From contig CAVZVA010000011.1 in NCBI GenBank assembly GCA_963778655.1, positions 512,001 through 576,000 of the forward strand: a DNA stretch of 64,000 nucleotides. Reading direction: 5' to 3'. A program made the translations under genes and the position numbers. The DNA is from an uncultured delta proteobacterium (GTDB lineage: Bacteria; Myxococcota_A; Polyangia; Polyangiales; JAFGIB01). The notes beneath the pieces were generated by a model. That model saw only the letters and a program-made list of their open reading frames with translations, had not been told where the DNA came from and searched no databases. Position 1 is the stretch's first letter. Each line of letters starts with the position of its first letter. Below, in pieces: positions 11,434 through 22,700 of the stretch.

Positions 11434-13287
11434 TTGCGCACGCTTGCCCTTCCAGCCTTCGTCGGCGCCGTCCTGCTGGGCGTGGTGACGCTCGCCCACA
11501 GCGCCGGCGGCACCATCGACGTGGCCTCGATTCGCCCCGGCATGAAGGGCTACGGGCTGACCGTGTTCCGCGGTCGCACGCCCGAGCGCTTCGATGTCGA
11601 GGTGATCGACGTGATGCACAACTTCCGCCCCGATCAGGACATGATCCTGATACGCACCCACCATCCCATCCTGGACAAGGCCATGGTGGTCGGCGGCATG
11701 AGCGGCAGCCCGATCTACCTAGAAGGCAAGCTCGCGGGCGCATATTCGTACGGCTGGATGTTCGGCAAGGAGCCGGTGGCCGGGGTCACGCCGATCGCGA
11801 ACATGCTGGCGGAGATGGCGCGCCCGCTCGACCCCGCGATCTGGAAGGCGCTCGGCACGCTGCCCCAGATCGCGGACGCGCCCGCGCCCCGGCCCGGCAG
11901 CGCGCGGCTCGCCGGCTTGCCGCCGTACCTCGGCACCGAGCGCAGCGACGCGCTGCAGCCCCTGCGCCGCCATGCCCGCGCGCTCGGCTACGACCAGGAC
12001 AGCGCGGGTCTACGGCCGGCGGCCACGCCGATCATGTTGTCTGGCTTCGACGAGCGCATGGCCTCCGTGCTCAACGCCCAACTCGGGCGCTTCGGCCTGG
12101 TCGCGCTGCAGGCCGGCGGCGCGGCCGGCGCCGCCGCGAACGCCGCGCAGCCCCCGCCGCGTTTCGAGAACGGCGGCTCGCTCGGGGTCTCGCTGATCCG
12201 CGGCGACATCAGCGCGTTCGCGGTCGGCACCGTCACCGACGTGGTGGGCGACAAGCTGGTGGGCTTCGGCCACCCCATGCTCAACGCGGGACAGCCGGCG
12301 CTGCCGACCTGCACCGCGCGCGTGCTGCACATCTTCGCCAGCGAGAGCCGCTCGTTCAAGATCGCCGAAGCGGGTCCTCAGCTCGGCACGCTGGTGCACG
12401 ATCGCCAGGCGGCGATCGTGGTCGACACCAAGCTGCAAGCCGACACCGTGCCGATGCGCGTGCGGGTGCTGGGCGTGACCGGCGCGCCCCGCACCGAGTG
12501 GAACGTGGAGCTGGCCAGCCAGCGCATGCTCACGCCGCTGCTGGCGTTCTCGGCGCTCGGCAATGCGCTCGGCGTGACCGCCGCGGAGAACACCGACGTG
12601 GTGTTCGAAGCCGACAGCCGCGTGCAGATCGAAGGCCACGGCACGCTCGAGGTCGACGACACCGGCTACACCTCGGTCGGGCTCGACGACCCGATGGCGC
12701 TCTCACAGCTGCGGCTGTTCGACCTGGTCGACGCTGCCTACGGCAACCCGTTCGAGGCGGCGCGGATCCGGCGCATCGACGTCGAGCTGCGGGTGCGCTT
12801 CGCCCGCGACGTGGTGACGATCCTCGACGCGCTCGTGCCCAGCACCGAGGTCGACCCCGATCGCGACCTCGACGTGTATCTGACGCTGCAGCGCTTCGGG
12901 CAGCCGCCCGAGGTGCGCATCGTGACCGTGCACGTGCCGCAGAGCGCGGCCGGCGAGAAGATCGAGCTGAGGTTCGAGCCGGGCAACCAGGTCAAGCTCG
13001 AGCGACCCGAGCCGAAGGACCTCGACCAGGTGCTCGACAACGTGCGCATGGGCTATCCTTCGACCTCGATCGTGGTCTCGACCAAGCTGCCGAGCCAGGG
13101 CCTGCAGCTGCGCGGGCACGTGGTGCGCGACCTGCCCGGGTCGGCGCTCGACGCCTTCCGGGTCGGGGGCCAGGCCCATCACCCGACCGCTTTCTCCACC
13201 TACGAGCGCAAGGAGCTGCCCATGAAACAAGTGGTCAACGGCTCGGCACGCCTCACGCTCGAGGTCCGCACAGAGCCGCGCAAATGA
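11434..13287 (+). CDS. SpoIVB-like peptidase S55 domain protein, secreted
   Basis: Signal peptide; GMKGYGLTVF, GGMSGSPIYLEGKLAGA, LVGFGHP. Confidence 0.82.
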   Translation: MRTLALPAFVGAVLLGVVTLAHSAGGTIDVASIRPGMKGYGLTVFRGRTPERFDVEVIDVMHNFRPDQDMILIRTHHPILDKAMVVGGMSGSPIYLEGKLAGAYSYGWMFGKEPVAGVTPIANMLAEMARPLDPAIWKALGTLPQIADAPAPRPGSARLAGLPPYLGTERSDALQPLRRHARALGYDQDSAGLRPAATPIMLSGFDERMASVLNAQLGRFGLVALQAGGAAGAAANAAQPPPRFENGGSLGVSLIRGDISAFAVGTVTDVVGDKLVGFGHPMLNAGQPALPTCTARVLHIFASESRSFKIAEAGPQLGTLVHDRQAAIVVDTKLQADTVPMRVRVLGVTGAPRTEWNVELASQRMLTPLLAFSALGNALGVTAAENTDVVFEADSRVQIEGHGTLEVDDTGYTSVGLDDPMALSQLRLFDLVDAAYGNPFEAARIRRIDVELRVRFARDVVTILDALVPSTEVDPDRDLDVYLTLQRFGQPPEVRIVTVHVPQSAAGEKIELRFEPGNQVKLERPEPKDLDQVLDNVRMGYPSTSIVVSTKLPSQGLQLRGHVVRDLPGSALDAFRVGGQAHHPTAFSTYERKELPMKQVVNGSARLTLEVRTEPRK

Positions 13288-15323
13288 CGACACTCCCACG
13301 CAAGCTCGGACTCGGCCTCGGCGCTGCGCTGCTGTGCGCGCTCGCCGCGGCGGCACACGCCGTCACCACGCGGCAGTTCTCGCTCGACAGCGCCGGCGTG
13401 CTCTCGGCCGGCAAGCTGGAGGGCGCGGCCGTGCTCTCGAGCGGCGCGGTGGTGCCGAGCGTGGGCGTCAAGCGCATCGCGTTGCCCAACGTGGCGCTCG
13501 CCCGAAGCCTGCTGACCTACCCGGACGGCTCGGCGCTGATCGGCACCGGCAACGACGGCAAGATCTGGAAGCTGTCCGGCGACGCGGTCTCGCTGTTCGC
13601 GGACACCGGCGAGCTGCTGGTGACCTCGCTGGCGCAAGGGCCCGACGGCACGGTCTACGCCGGCACGCTGCCGCACGCCAAGATCTTCGCCATCGACAAG
13701 CACGGCAAGGCCAGCCTGTTCGCGACGCCACCCGGCGCCGAGCATGTGTGGGCGCTGTGCTACGACGCCCGCCGCAAGACACTGTTCGCGGCCACCGGCC
13801 CGCAGGGCAAGGTGTTCGCGATCGACGGCAAGGGCAAGGCGGACGTCTACTATCAGGGCAAGGCCAGCCACGTGATGTCGCTGGCGGAGGACGCCCAGGG
13901 CCGGCTGTACGCCGGCACCAGCGACGACGCGCTGCTCGTGCGCATCGACGGTCCGGGCCGCTTCGACGTGCTCTACGACTTCGAAGGCAACGAGATCACC
14001 GCGCTCGCGCTGCAGGACGGGCGCGTGGCGGTGGCGGCCAACACCTTTCCCAAGCCGGCCACCCCGTCGAGCGCCAAGAAGAAGGAGGGCGACAAGAAGG
14101 ACGACAAGGCGAGCGAGGACAAGACCGAGGTCAAGAAGGCCACGCCCAAGCCGGGCACCGGCGAGCTTTGGGTAGTCGAGTCCAACGGCCAGGCGCGCAA
14201 GCTGTTCTCCTCCACCGAGGACGGTCACATCACCGCGGTGCAGTGGGGACCCGAGCGCAGCGTCTACGCCGCCACCGGCAAGGAAGGGCACATCTTCCGG
14301 GTCGAGCCCGACGGCACCAACGCGCTGTGGATCGACGTCGACGAGCGCCAAGTGCTGGCACTGCAGCTGCAGGGTGAGCACCCGCTGTTCGTGACCGGCG
14401 ACGCAGGCGCGGTCTACCGCGTGCTGCCCGGACGCGCGAGCGAGGCGCTGTGGACGAGCAAGGTGCTCGACGCCCAGTTCCCGTCTCGCTTCGGCCAGCT
14501 AAGCTGGCGCGGGCACGGCAAGCTCGCCTGCCAGACCCGCTCCGGCAACACCGAGAAGCCCGAGGAGGGCTGGAGTGAATGGTCGTCGGTCCTGCGCCAG
14601 CCGGGGCCGATCCGCAGCCCCGCCGCGCGCTTCCTGCAGGTGCGGGTCCGGCTGGATCCGAGCGCGGACAGCGTGCTGTACGCGCTGCAGGCGTATTACC
14701 TGCCCGCCAACCAGCCGGCCACGGTCAAGGACGTCACGGTCAAGCCCTCGCCCAAGAAGGACGCCTCCAACGACGAGCCGACCACGAGCTACAAGATCGA
14801 GTGGAAGGTCGACAATCCCGACGGCGACCACCTGCGCTACCGGGTCGACTACCGCCCCGAAGCTCGCCCGAGCTGGCGCCCGCTGCTGCGCGAAAGCGAG
14901 ATCCTGACGCAAACCAATTACGCGTGGAGCACGGACGGAGTGCCGGATGGTTACTACCGGGTGCGCGTCGACGCCTCGGACGAGCTCGACAACCCGGCTG
15001 CCGAGGTGTTGCACGACGCCAAGCAGTCCGAGCCCTTCCTGCTCGACAACCAGCCGCCCCGCGTCGACGGCCTGCGCTTCGCGAACGGCCGCCTGAGCGG
15101 GGTCGCTCTTGACGACCTCGGACCGATCAGCAAGCTCGAATACTCGCTCGACGGCCACCAGTGGAAGCCGTTCAACCCCAAGGACGATCTATTCGACACC
15201 CGGCAGGAGGCCTTCGCGCTCGAGCTCGGAGCCCTGCCCAAGGGCAGCCACGTGGTCGCCGTGCGCACCGAGGACGCGCGCCACAACGCCGGCAGCGCCG
15301 AGCTCTGGGTCGAGATCAAATAG
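13284..15323 (+). CDS. Secreted beta-propeller protein with C-terminal Ig/FN3-like domains
   Basis: Signal peptide (AAHA); repeated GxVYAGT/LFAATG blades; Lys/Asp linker; DGYYRVRVDASD; ATGA coupling to the S55 gene. Confidence 0.78.
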   Translation: MTTLPRKLGLGLGAALLCALAAAAHAVTTRQFSLDSAGVLSAGKLEGAAVLSSGAVVPSVGVKRIALPNVALARSLLTYPDGSALIGTGNDGKIWKLSGDAVSLFADTGELLVTSLAQGPDGTVYAGTLPHAKIFAIDKHGKASLFATPPGAEHVWALCYDARRKTLFAATGPQGKVFAIDGKGKADVYYQGKASHVMSLAEDAQGRLYAGTSDDALLVRIDGPGRFDVLYDFEGNEITALALQDGRVAVAANTFPKPATPSSAKKKEGDKKDDKASEDKTEVKKATPKPGTGELWVVESNGQARKLFSSTEDGHITAVQWGPERSVYAATGKEGHIFRVEPDGTNALWIDVDERQVLALQLQGEHPLFVTGDAGAVYRVLPGRASEALWTSKVLDAQFPSRFGQLSWRGHGKLACQTRSGNTEKPEEGWSEWSSVLRQPGPIRSPAARFLQVRVRLDPSADSVLYALQAYYLPANQPATVKDVTVKPSPKKDASNDEPTTSYKIEWKVDNPDGDHLRYRVDYRPEARPSWRPLLRESEILTQTNYAWSTDGVPDGYYRVRVDASDELDNPAAEVLHDAKQSEPFLLDNQPPRVDGLRFANGRLSGVALDDLGPISKLEYSLDGHQWKPFNPKDDLFDTRQEAFALELGALPKGSHVVAVRTEDARHNAGSAELWVEIK

Positions 15324-15356
15324 GGGCGATATCGCGGAGCTGCACGGACGTCGTGC

Positions 15357-15860
15357 TCAGATCGCGCCCTTGAGCATGCTGACGCGGCCGGTGCGCACCA
15401 GCTCGACCACGTCGTAGTCCTTGAGCAGGCGCACCAGCGAGTCGATCTTGTTCTCGTGGCCCGTAACCTCGATGATCATCGACTCCGCGCCGACGTCGAC
15501 GATCTTGGCATTGAAGATGTCGACGATGTCCATCAGGCGCTTGCGCACTTCCTTCTCGCCCCGGACCCGGATCAGCGCCAGCTCGCGGCTGGCGAACTCG
15601 CGGTCGGAGATATCCTCGATCTCGGTGATGTCGTCGAGCTTGCGCAGCGCAGCCACCATCTCCTCGGAATCGGTGCTAGCGTCGACCACGAAGGTCATGC
15701 GGGACATGCCCTGCTGCTCGGAGGCGCCCACCGCCAGGCTGCGGATATTGAAGCCCTTCTCTTGCCAACAGGCCGCGATGCGGTACAGCACGCCCGGGCG
15801 GTCTTTGACCAGCGCCACGATGGTGTGGGGGGCAAGGCCGCTGCGGGAAGGCGCGCTCAC
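15357..15860 (-). CDS. ilvN: Acetolactate synthase small (regulatory) subunit
   Basis: HTIVALVKDRPGVLYRIA...GFNIRSLAVG, SRELALIRV, ELVRTGRVSM. Confidence 0.88.
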   Translation of the reverse strand: MSAPSRSGLAPHTIVALVKDRPGVLYRIAACWQEKGFNIRSLAVGASEQQGMSRMTFVVDASTDSEEMVAALRKLDDITEIEDISDREFASRELALIRVRGEKEVRKRLMDIVDIFNAKIVDVGAESMIIEVTGHENKIDSLVRLLKDYDVVELVRTGRVSMLKGAI

Positions 15861-16098
15861 GGCTCCGGTTATTTCGCCAAATGCCTGCGATGTCGAGGGG
15901 GATCACCCCCAAGGCCCCGAGACCGAGCGGGCTCTTGTCCTTAGCCCCATTTGGGGCCACATTCCCGCACAATCCCTAGTGCGTCTTAGCTGGCAACGTG
16001 TAGACTGTGCCCCCGCCGGCGCGGGGTCCGGTGCCCCGACCGGCTGAATCGGGGTCGGAAGCGGGCGCTGGCAGCCCATCGAGGCGTGCGCGTCCGAT

Positions 16099-18558
16099 GT
16101 GCGCATGAACGATGTGAGCAGTGAAAATCTCGGCGTGCAGACCGAATGGTCGGCGGACGAGCTGATCCCTTTCGGGAAGTACATCCTGCTCGACCGCATC
16201 AATAGCGGTGCGACCGCCGCGGTCTATCGCGCCAACGTGCGCGGCGAGGCCGGCTTCGAACGCCTGGTCGCGATCAAACGCATCCTCCCGCACATGGCGG
16301 GCGACCGTGACTTCGTCGACACCTTCGTGCGCGAAGCCAAGACCGTCGCGCGCCTGGCCCACGAGAGCATCTGCCCGATCTACGAGCTGGGCAAGGTCGG
16401 CGAGTCGCTGTACATGGCGGTCGAGTACATCCAGGGCAAGGATCTCGGCCTGATCATGCGCCGGCTGGCGCGCAAGGGCGTGGCCATGCCCCCCCTGATC
16501 GCGGCCTGGGTGGCGGCGCGGCTGTGTGACGCGCTCGACTACGCGCACAGCCTCAAGAACGCCAAGGGCGTGCGCGTGGGGATGATCCACCGCGACCTCT
16601 CGCCCAACAACATCCTGCTCAGCTACGAAGGTCAGGTGAAGCTGATCGACTTCGGGCTCGCCCGCGCCGTCGGCAGGGCCCAGTCGACCAACGTCGACGC
16701 GCTCAAGAAGAAGCTCAGCTACATGAGCCCGGAGATGGTCAAGGGCCGACCGCTCGACGCGCGCTCGGACATCTTCGGGGTCGGCATCTGCCTGTACGAG
16801 ATGGTCACCGCGCGCAAGCTGTTCGCCGGCGACAACGACATCGACACGCTCAAGCTGGTCGGCCGCGCCTCGGTGCCGCCGCCGTCGGCGGTGGTCGACG
16901 ACGCGCCCGACGAGCTCGAAATCGTGATCATGCACGCGCTCGAGCGCGAGCCCGACGATCGCTTCCAGAACGCCGCCGACATGGGCGAGGCGCTCAACGC
17001 CTATATCCAGAAGACCGACCCCACGTTCAACCCGCAGCGGCTGGCGGCCTGGATGGTCGAGCTGTTCGGCGCCGAAATCGCCGCCGAGCAGCAGCGCATC
17101 AAGCAGTTGCTCGAAGCCAGCGCCGATCCCGACCTGATCAAGCAGCGGCGCGCGTTCTTCGCCTCGCCCTCGGGCGCCGCGGCGCGCGCACGCGCCGAGA
17201 TCGAGCGCCGCCTCAGCACCGAGCCGCCGCCGGCACGCCTGGGCATTCCGGCCAGGGTGCCCAAGGCCGCGCCCGTGCCCTTGGGCTCGGCGGCGGCCGC
17301 AGCTGGGGGGCGCCCGAACGGTTTCGATGAAGAGCCGACCGGCTTCTACGATGCCGAGAAGACGCGCGCGGGCGGACCCGAGGGCGCGGTCGGCGCCGGC
17401 TTCGAGGACGAGCCCACGCAGTTCCTGATCGACGGCGAGCTCGAAGAGGTGAGGCTCGCGCCCACCGGTCTGCCGGCGCCGGTTCGCGTGCCGGCGCCGG
17501 GCGCGGAGACCGGGGGCTTCGACGAAGAGCCGACCGAAATCTACTTCAACAAGGAAGAAAACGTTGGCATCAGGGAGCTGCTCGACGAGATCAACGACGT
17601 CGAGCCGGCCGCGGGCCCGCTGAACCGTCCGATCGTGGCCCCGGAGCTGGGGCTGCCGCTGCCAGGTCCGGCCGCCCGTGTTTCGCCGCTGCCGCAAATG
17701 GCACCAGCGCCGTGGGCTCCGCCGGCCTCGGTCCCGGCCGTCCCGCCGCACCCGTGGGCCACCGCGCCCGCCAGGCGCGTGCCGAGTTGGCTGATCGGGG
17801 TGAGCATGCTGGCATTGCTGGCGGCGATCGCGGCCCTGGTGATCAACACCCCGGTCGGCGCGATGCTGGGGCTGCGCGCACCCGCGGCCGGAACGATCGA
17901 GGTGCGGACGGTGCCGCCGGTCCCGGCCAACGTGCGGCTCGACAACGTGTACCGCGGCAAGGCGCCGCTGCGGATGCAGGGGGTGCAACCCGGGGTGCGC
18001 CGGCTCAGCGTGCGCGCCCAGGGCTATCTGCCGGTCAGCCGAGAGATCCAGCTCGAAGGCGGCGCCACCGCGCTGGTCGACGTCGCGCTGGTGCCCGACC
18101 GGCCGCACCCCGCGCCCGCGCCGCCGCCGGCCACGCCCGCGCAGCCCGGAGGCGCCGCGGCCCATCCGACCCCCGGCGGCGAGAAAGCGCCCACTGAGAC
18201 CTCCGACTCCGAGGGCGAGGGCCACTCGCACGCGGGCGAGTCGCACCACCACCACCACGGCCATCATGTGCCGTCGAGCGAGGACAGCAGCGCCTCCGGC
18301 ACCGCCCCGTCCTCGATACCGAAGCCGCGGCAGCCGGCAGTCGCCCCCAACACGCCGGGCACGCTCGGCATCAACAGCGTGCCCTGGGCGCTGGTCTACA
18401 TCGACGGCCGCGATACCGGGCGCAGCACGCCGCTGCTGGGCTATCCGATCGCGCCGGGCTGGCACGAGGTCCGCCTGCAGACCGCCAACGGTCAGGTCGA
18501 CATCGAGCGGATCCAGGTGCTGCCCGGCCAGGCCGTCAACCTCACCCGTCGATTCTGA
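16099..18558 (+). CDS. Membrane-anchored Hanks-type Ser/Thr kinase with PEGA domains
   Basis: VAIK, HRDLSPNN, DFG, YMSPE; one TM segment; PEGA-like repeats (GKAPLRMQGVQPG; VYIDGRDTGRSTPL). Confidence 0.93.
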   Translation: MRMNDVSSENLGVQTEWSADELIPFGKYILLDRINSGATAAVYRANVRGEAGFERLVAIKRILPHMAGDRDFVDTFVREAKTVARLAHESICPIYELGKVGESLYMAVEYIQGKDLGLIMRRLARKGVAMPPLIAAWVAARLCDALDYAHSLKNAKGVRVGMIHRDLSPNNILLSYEGQVKLIDFGLARAVGRAQSTNVDALKKKLSYMSPEMVKGRPLDARSDIFGVGICLYEMVTARKLFAGDNDIDTLKLVGRASVPPPSAVVDDAPDELEIVIMHALEREPDDRFQNAADMGEALNAYIQKTDPTFNPQRLAAWMVELFGAEIAAEQQRIKQLLEASADPDLIKQRRAFFASPSGAAARARAEIERRLSTEPPPARLGIPARVPKAAPVPLGSAAAAAGGRPNGFDEEPTGFYDAEKTRAGGPEGAVGAGFEDEPTQFLIDGELEEVRLAPTGLPAPVRVPAPGAETGGFDEEPTEIYFNKEENVGIRELLDEINDVEPAAGPLNRPIVAPELGLPLPGPAARVSPLPQMAPAPWAPPASVPAVPPHPWATAPARRVPSWLIGVSMLALLAAIAALVINTPVGAMLGLRAPAAGTIEVRTVPPVPANVRLDNVYRGKAPLRMQGVQPGVRRLSVRAQGYLPVSREIQLEGGATALVDVALVPDRPHPAPAPPPATPAQPGGAAAHPTPGGEKAPTETSDSEGEGHSHAGESHHHHHGHHVPSSEDSSASGTAPSSIPKPRQPAVAPNTPGTLGINSVPWALVYIDGRDTGRSTPLLGYPIAPGWHEVRLQTANGQVDIERIQVLPGQAVNLTRRF

Positions 18559-18585
18559 GCCGCCCGCGGCGTCGCGTTCCACAGA

Positions 18586-18670
18586 GATTCACAGGAAGGC
18601 GGGAAGACGGGAAGACGGCAAGCAGAGCGGAAGGGATGGTCGTTGCCCTTCCCGCCTTGCCGTTGTTCCG
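18586..18670. repeat. Short intergenic palindromic repeat (GATTCACAGGAAGGCGGGAAGACGGGAAG family)
   Basis: Tandem (C)GGGAAG units with a downstream inverted copy CTTCCCGCCTTGCCG; related copies at ~31788-31838 and ~49451-49472. Confidence 0.55.
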
Positions 18671-18688
18671 CAAAGCCTTGGATCGCGC

Positions 18689-19777
18689 TCAACGCTCGCG
18701 CTTGGGCGGAAGCGCGGCCTCGCTGCCGACCTTGAGCCGGTGCATGACCGATTGCTTCTGGCGTTCCTTGTAGGCGGCGTGGCTCGCCTCGCCCAGCTCG
18801 TTGTGCTGCTCGGTGTAGCGGTCGATCAGCTGGAACTCGGTCTGCACGAACACCACCGGGCCGAGGGCTCGCGCCGAGGGCGGCGCAAGCGCGGCCATCT
18901 CCGGCGTCAGCCGCACCGGCATGTCGACCACGAAGTGGACCACCTGGTAGTTGTCCGCGGTGAAGCGGTTCTGCACGCGCGTGAGGTCGTCCTCGAGATC
19001 GGGGGCGAGCTGCAGGCCACCGGAGAGATCGCGCAGGTGCGGGTTCTGGTCGCAGTAGGAGCGGAAGTGGAACAGCGTGTTGGTGGATTGACTCGGGATC
19101 ACGTAGTTGAACGGAAAGATGTGACGCAGCATGTAGTTGATCACCGGGAAGATGTCGTCCGGCGCGCGCGTCACGATGCGAAAACGCACCTTGTCATAGA
19201 TGTTTGCGGCGATCGTCTCGGGCTTGGACAGCAGCTTGGTGTACAGCGAGTCTTTGTTCTTGCGCCCGCCGATGAACTCCTGAATCGGGAAGCCGTGCGC
19301 GAGCATGCCGCCGATCACCCGATACACCTTCTCCTCGACCAGGTTGAACACCTCCTGGTCGGGAATCGGCAGCATGAACAGCAGCTCGCGGCCCGCCAGG
19401 TGGTGGATGATGTGCATCACCTTGAGGATGGTGCAGGCGCACAGCTGCCGGTGGCCCCGGTTGCTGGCCAGCATCAGCAGGCCCAGGAAGTCGAGCGCAG
19501 CGACCGGCTTGGGAATGGGGAAGTCGTAGTTGCGCCGCAGGTAGCTGATCGCCTCGTGCTTGACGCCCTCGGTCCGCTGCCGGTCGATGGGATCGTCGGG
19601 CAGCAGCTCCTGGGCGCGGATGAACTCCAGCGCCTCGTCGCGCGAGCCGAAGTTCAGCCGGTGCCAGTCGATAACCGAGCCGCCCCGCAACACCAGTCGC
19701 ACCGCCTCGAGGTCGCCGAGGCGAAAGCTATCGATCGGGCGGAAGTAGCTGTCCGGCTCAGGCAGCCCGTTGTGCAT
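18689..19777 (-). CDS. TIGR04552-family protein with RelA/SpoT synthetase-like nucleotidyltransferase motifs
   Basis: LRGGSVIDWHRLNF N-terminus; RKNKDSLYTKL, IYDKVRFRIV, NYQVVHFVV, TEFQLID, ASHAAYK. Confidence 0.75.
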   Translation of the reverse strand: MHNGLPEPDSYFRPIDSFRLGDLEAVRLVLRGGSVIDWHRLNFGSRDEALEFIRAQELLPDDPIDRQRTEGVKHEAISYLRRNYDFPIPKPVAALDFLGLLMLASNRGHRQLCACTILKVMHIIHHLAGRELLFMLPIPDQEVFNLVEEKVYRVIGGMLAHGFPIQEFIGGRKNKDSLYTKLLSKPETIAANIYDKVRFRIVTRAPDDIFPVINYMLRHIFPFNYVIPSQSTNTLFHFRSYCDQNPHLRDLSGGLQLAPDLEDDLTRVQNRFTADNYQVVHFVVDMPVRLTPEMAALAPPSARALGPVVFVQTEFQLIDRYTEQHNELGEASHAAYKERQKQSVMHRLKVGSEAALPPKRER

Positions 19778-19831
19778 GGGACGTCGAGCTTACCCCAAAC
19801 CTCCGCCGTAGGATCGGCGGAAGGTTGCCTC

Positions 19832-19975
19832 TCAGGCGCCTCGTCCCAGCGAGATCGTGCCCATGAAGATGCCCACAGTGATGGCGAGCACCGCCAGGTT
19901 GCCGAAAAACACGCCCTGGCAGGAGCACAGCAGCACCGCGGCCAGCAGAGCGATCAACCCGGTCCCTGTTCTCAT
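19832..19975 (-). CDS. 47-aa small membrane protein or lipoprotein
   Basis: MRTGTGLIALLAAVLLCSCQGVFFGNLAVLAITVGIFMGTISLGRGA; two hydrophobic segments; GGGAG upstream. Confidence 0.5.
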   Translation of the reverse strand: MRTGTGLIALLAAVLLCSCQGVFFGNLAVLAITVGIFMGTISLGRGA

Positions 19976-20197
19976 GGCGAGGCGAGTGCTCCCTGCGTGT
20001 AGGCTACTATCCGACAACCGGCGTTGCGGGTCAAAACTCTTACTACAGGAGCTCATGGTTTGACCACGAAAAAGTCGCATGCTGAGGTCACACAGGCGCC
20101 GCGCGAACAGCTGCGCTAGCGTTGCCGCTCGGCAGCGGCGAAGCCCTTCGCCGCGGATCCTGCGGATCCGCGCGGCCGAGCACAGGTATAGCGAGCC

Positions 20198-22576
<2,379 letters not shown>

Positions 22577-22700
22577 GGTTCACCAGCGCGAGCACGATGG
22601 CCGGTAAGTTCGACCAGGGTTCGAGCCGCGTGGGAGCGAAGCGATCCCGAGGGAGGGTGGGTCCTTCGCCAGTGGGGAGGGAGGGGCGGGTGCCCCTCCC

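Noticed and set aside
11202..15323. 1373-aa ORF in the track
   Set aside because: The first ~690 codons are an off-frame shadow of the S55 gene; the real protein starts at ATG 13284 with a signal peptide
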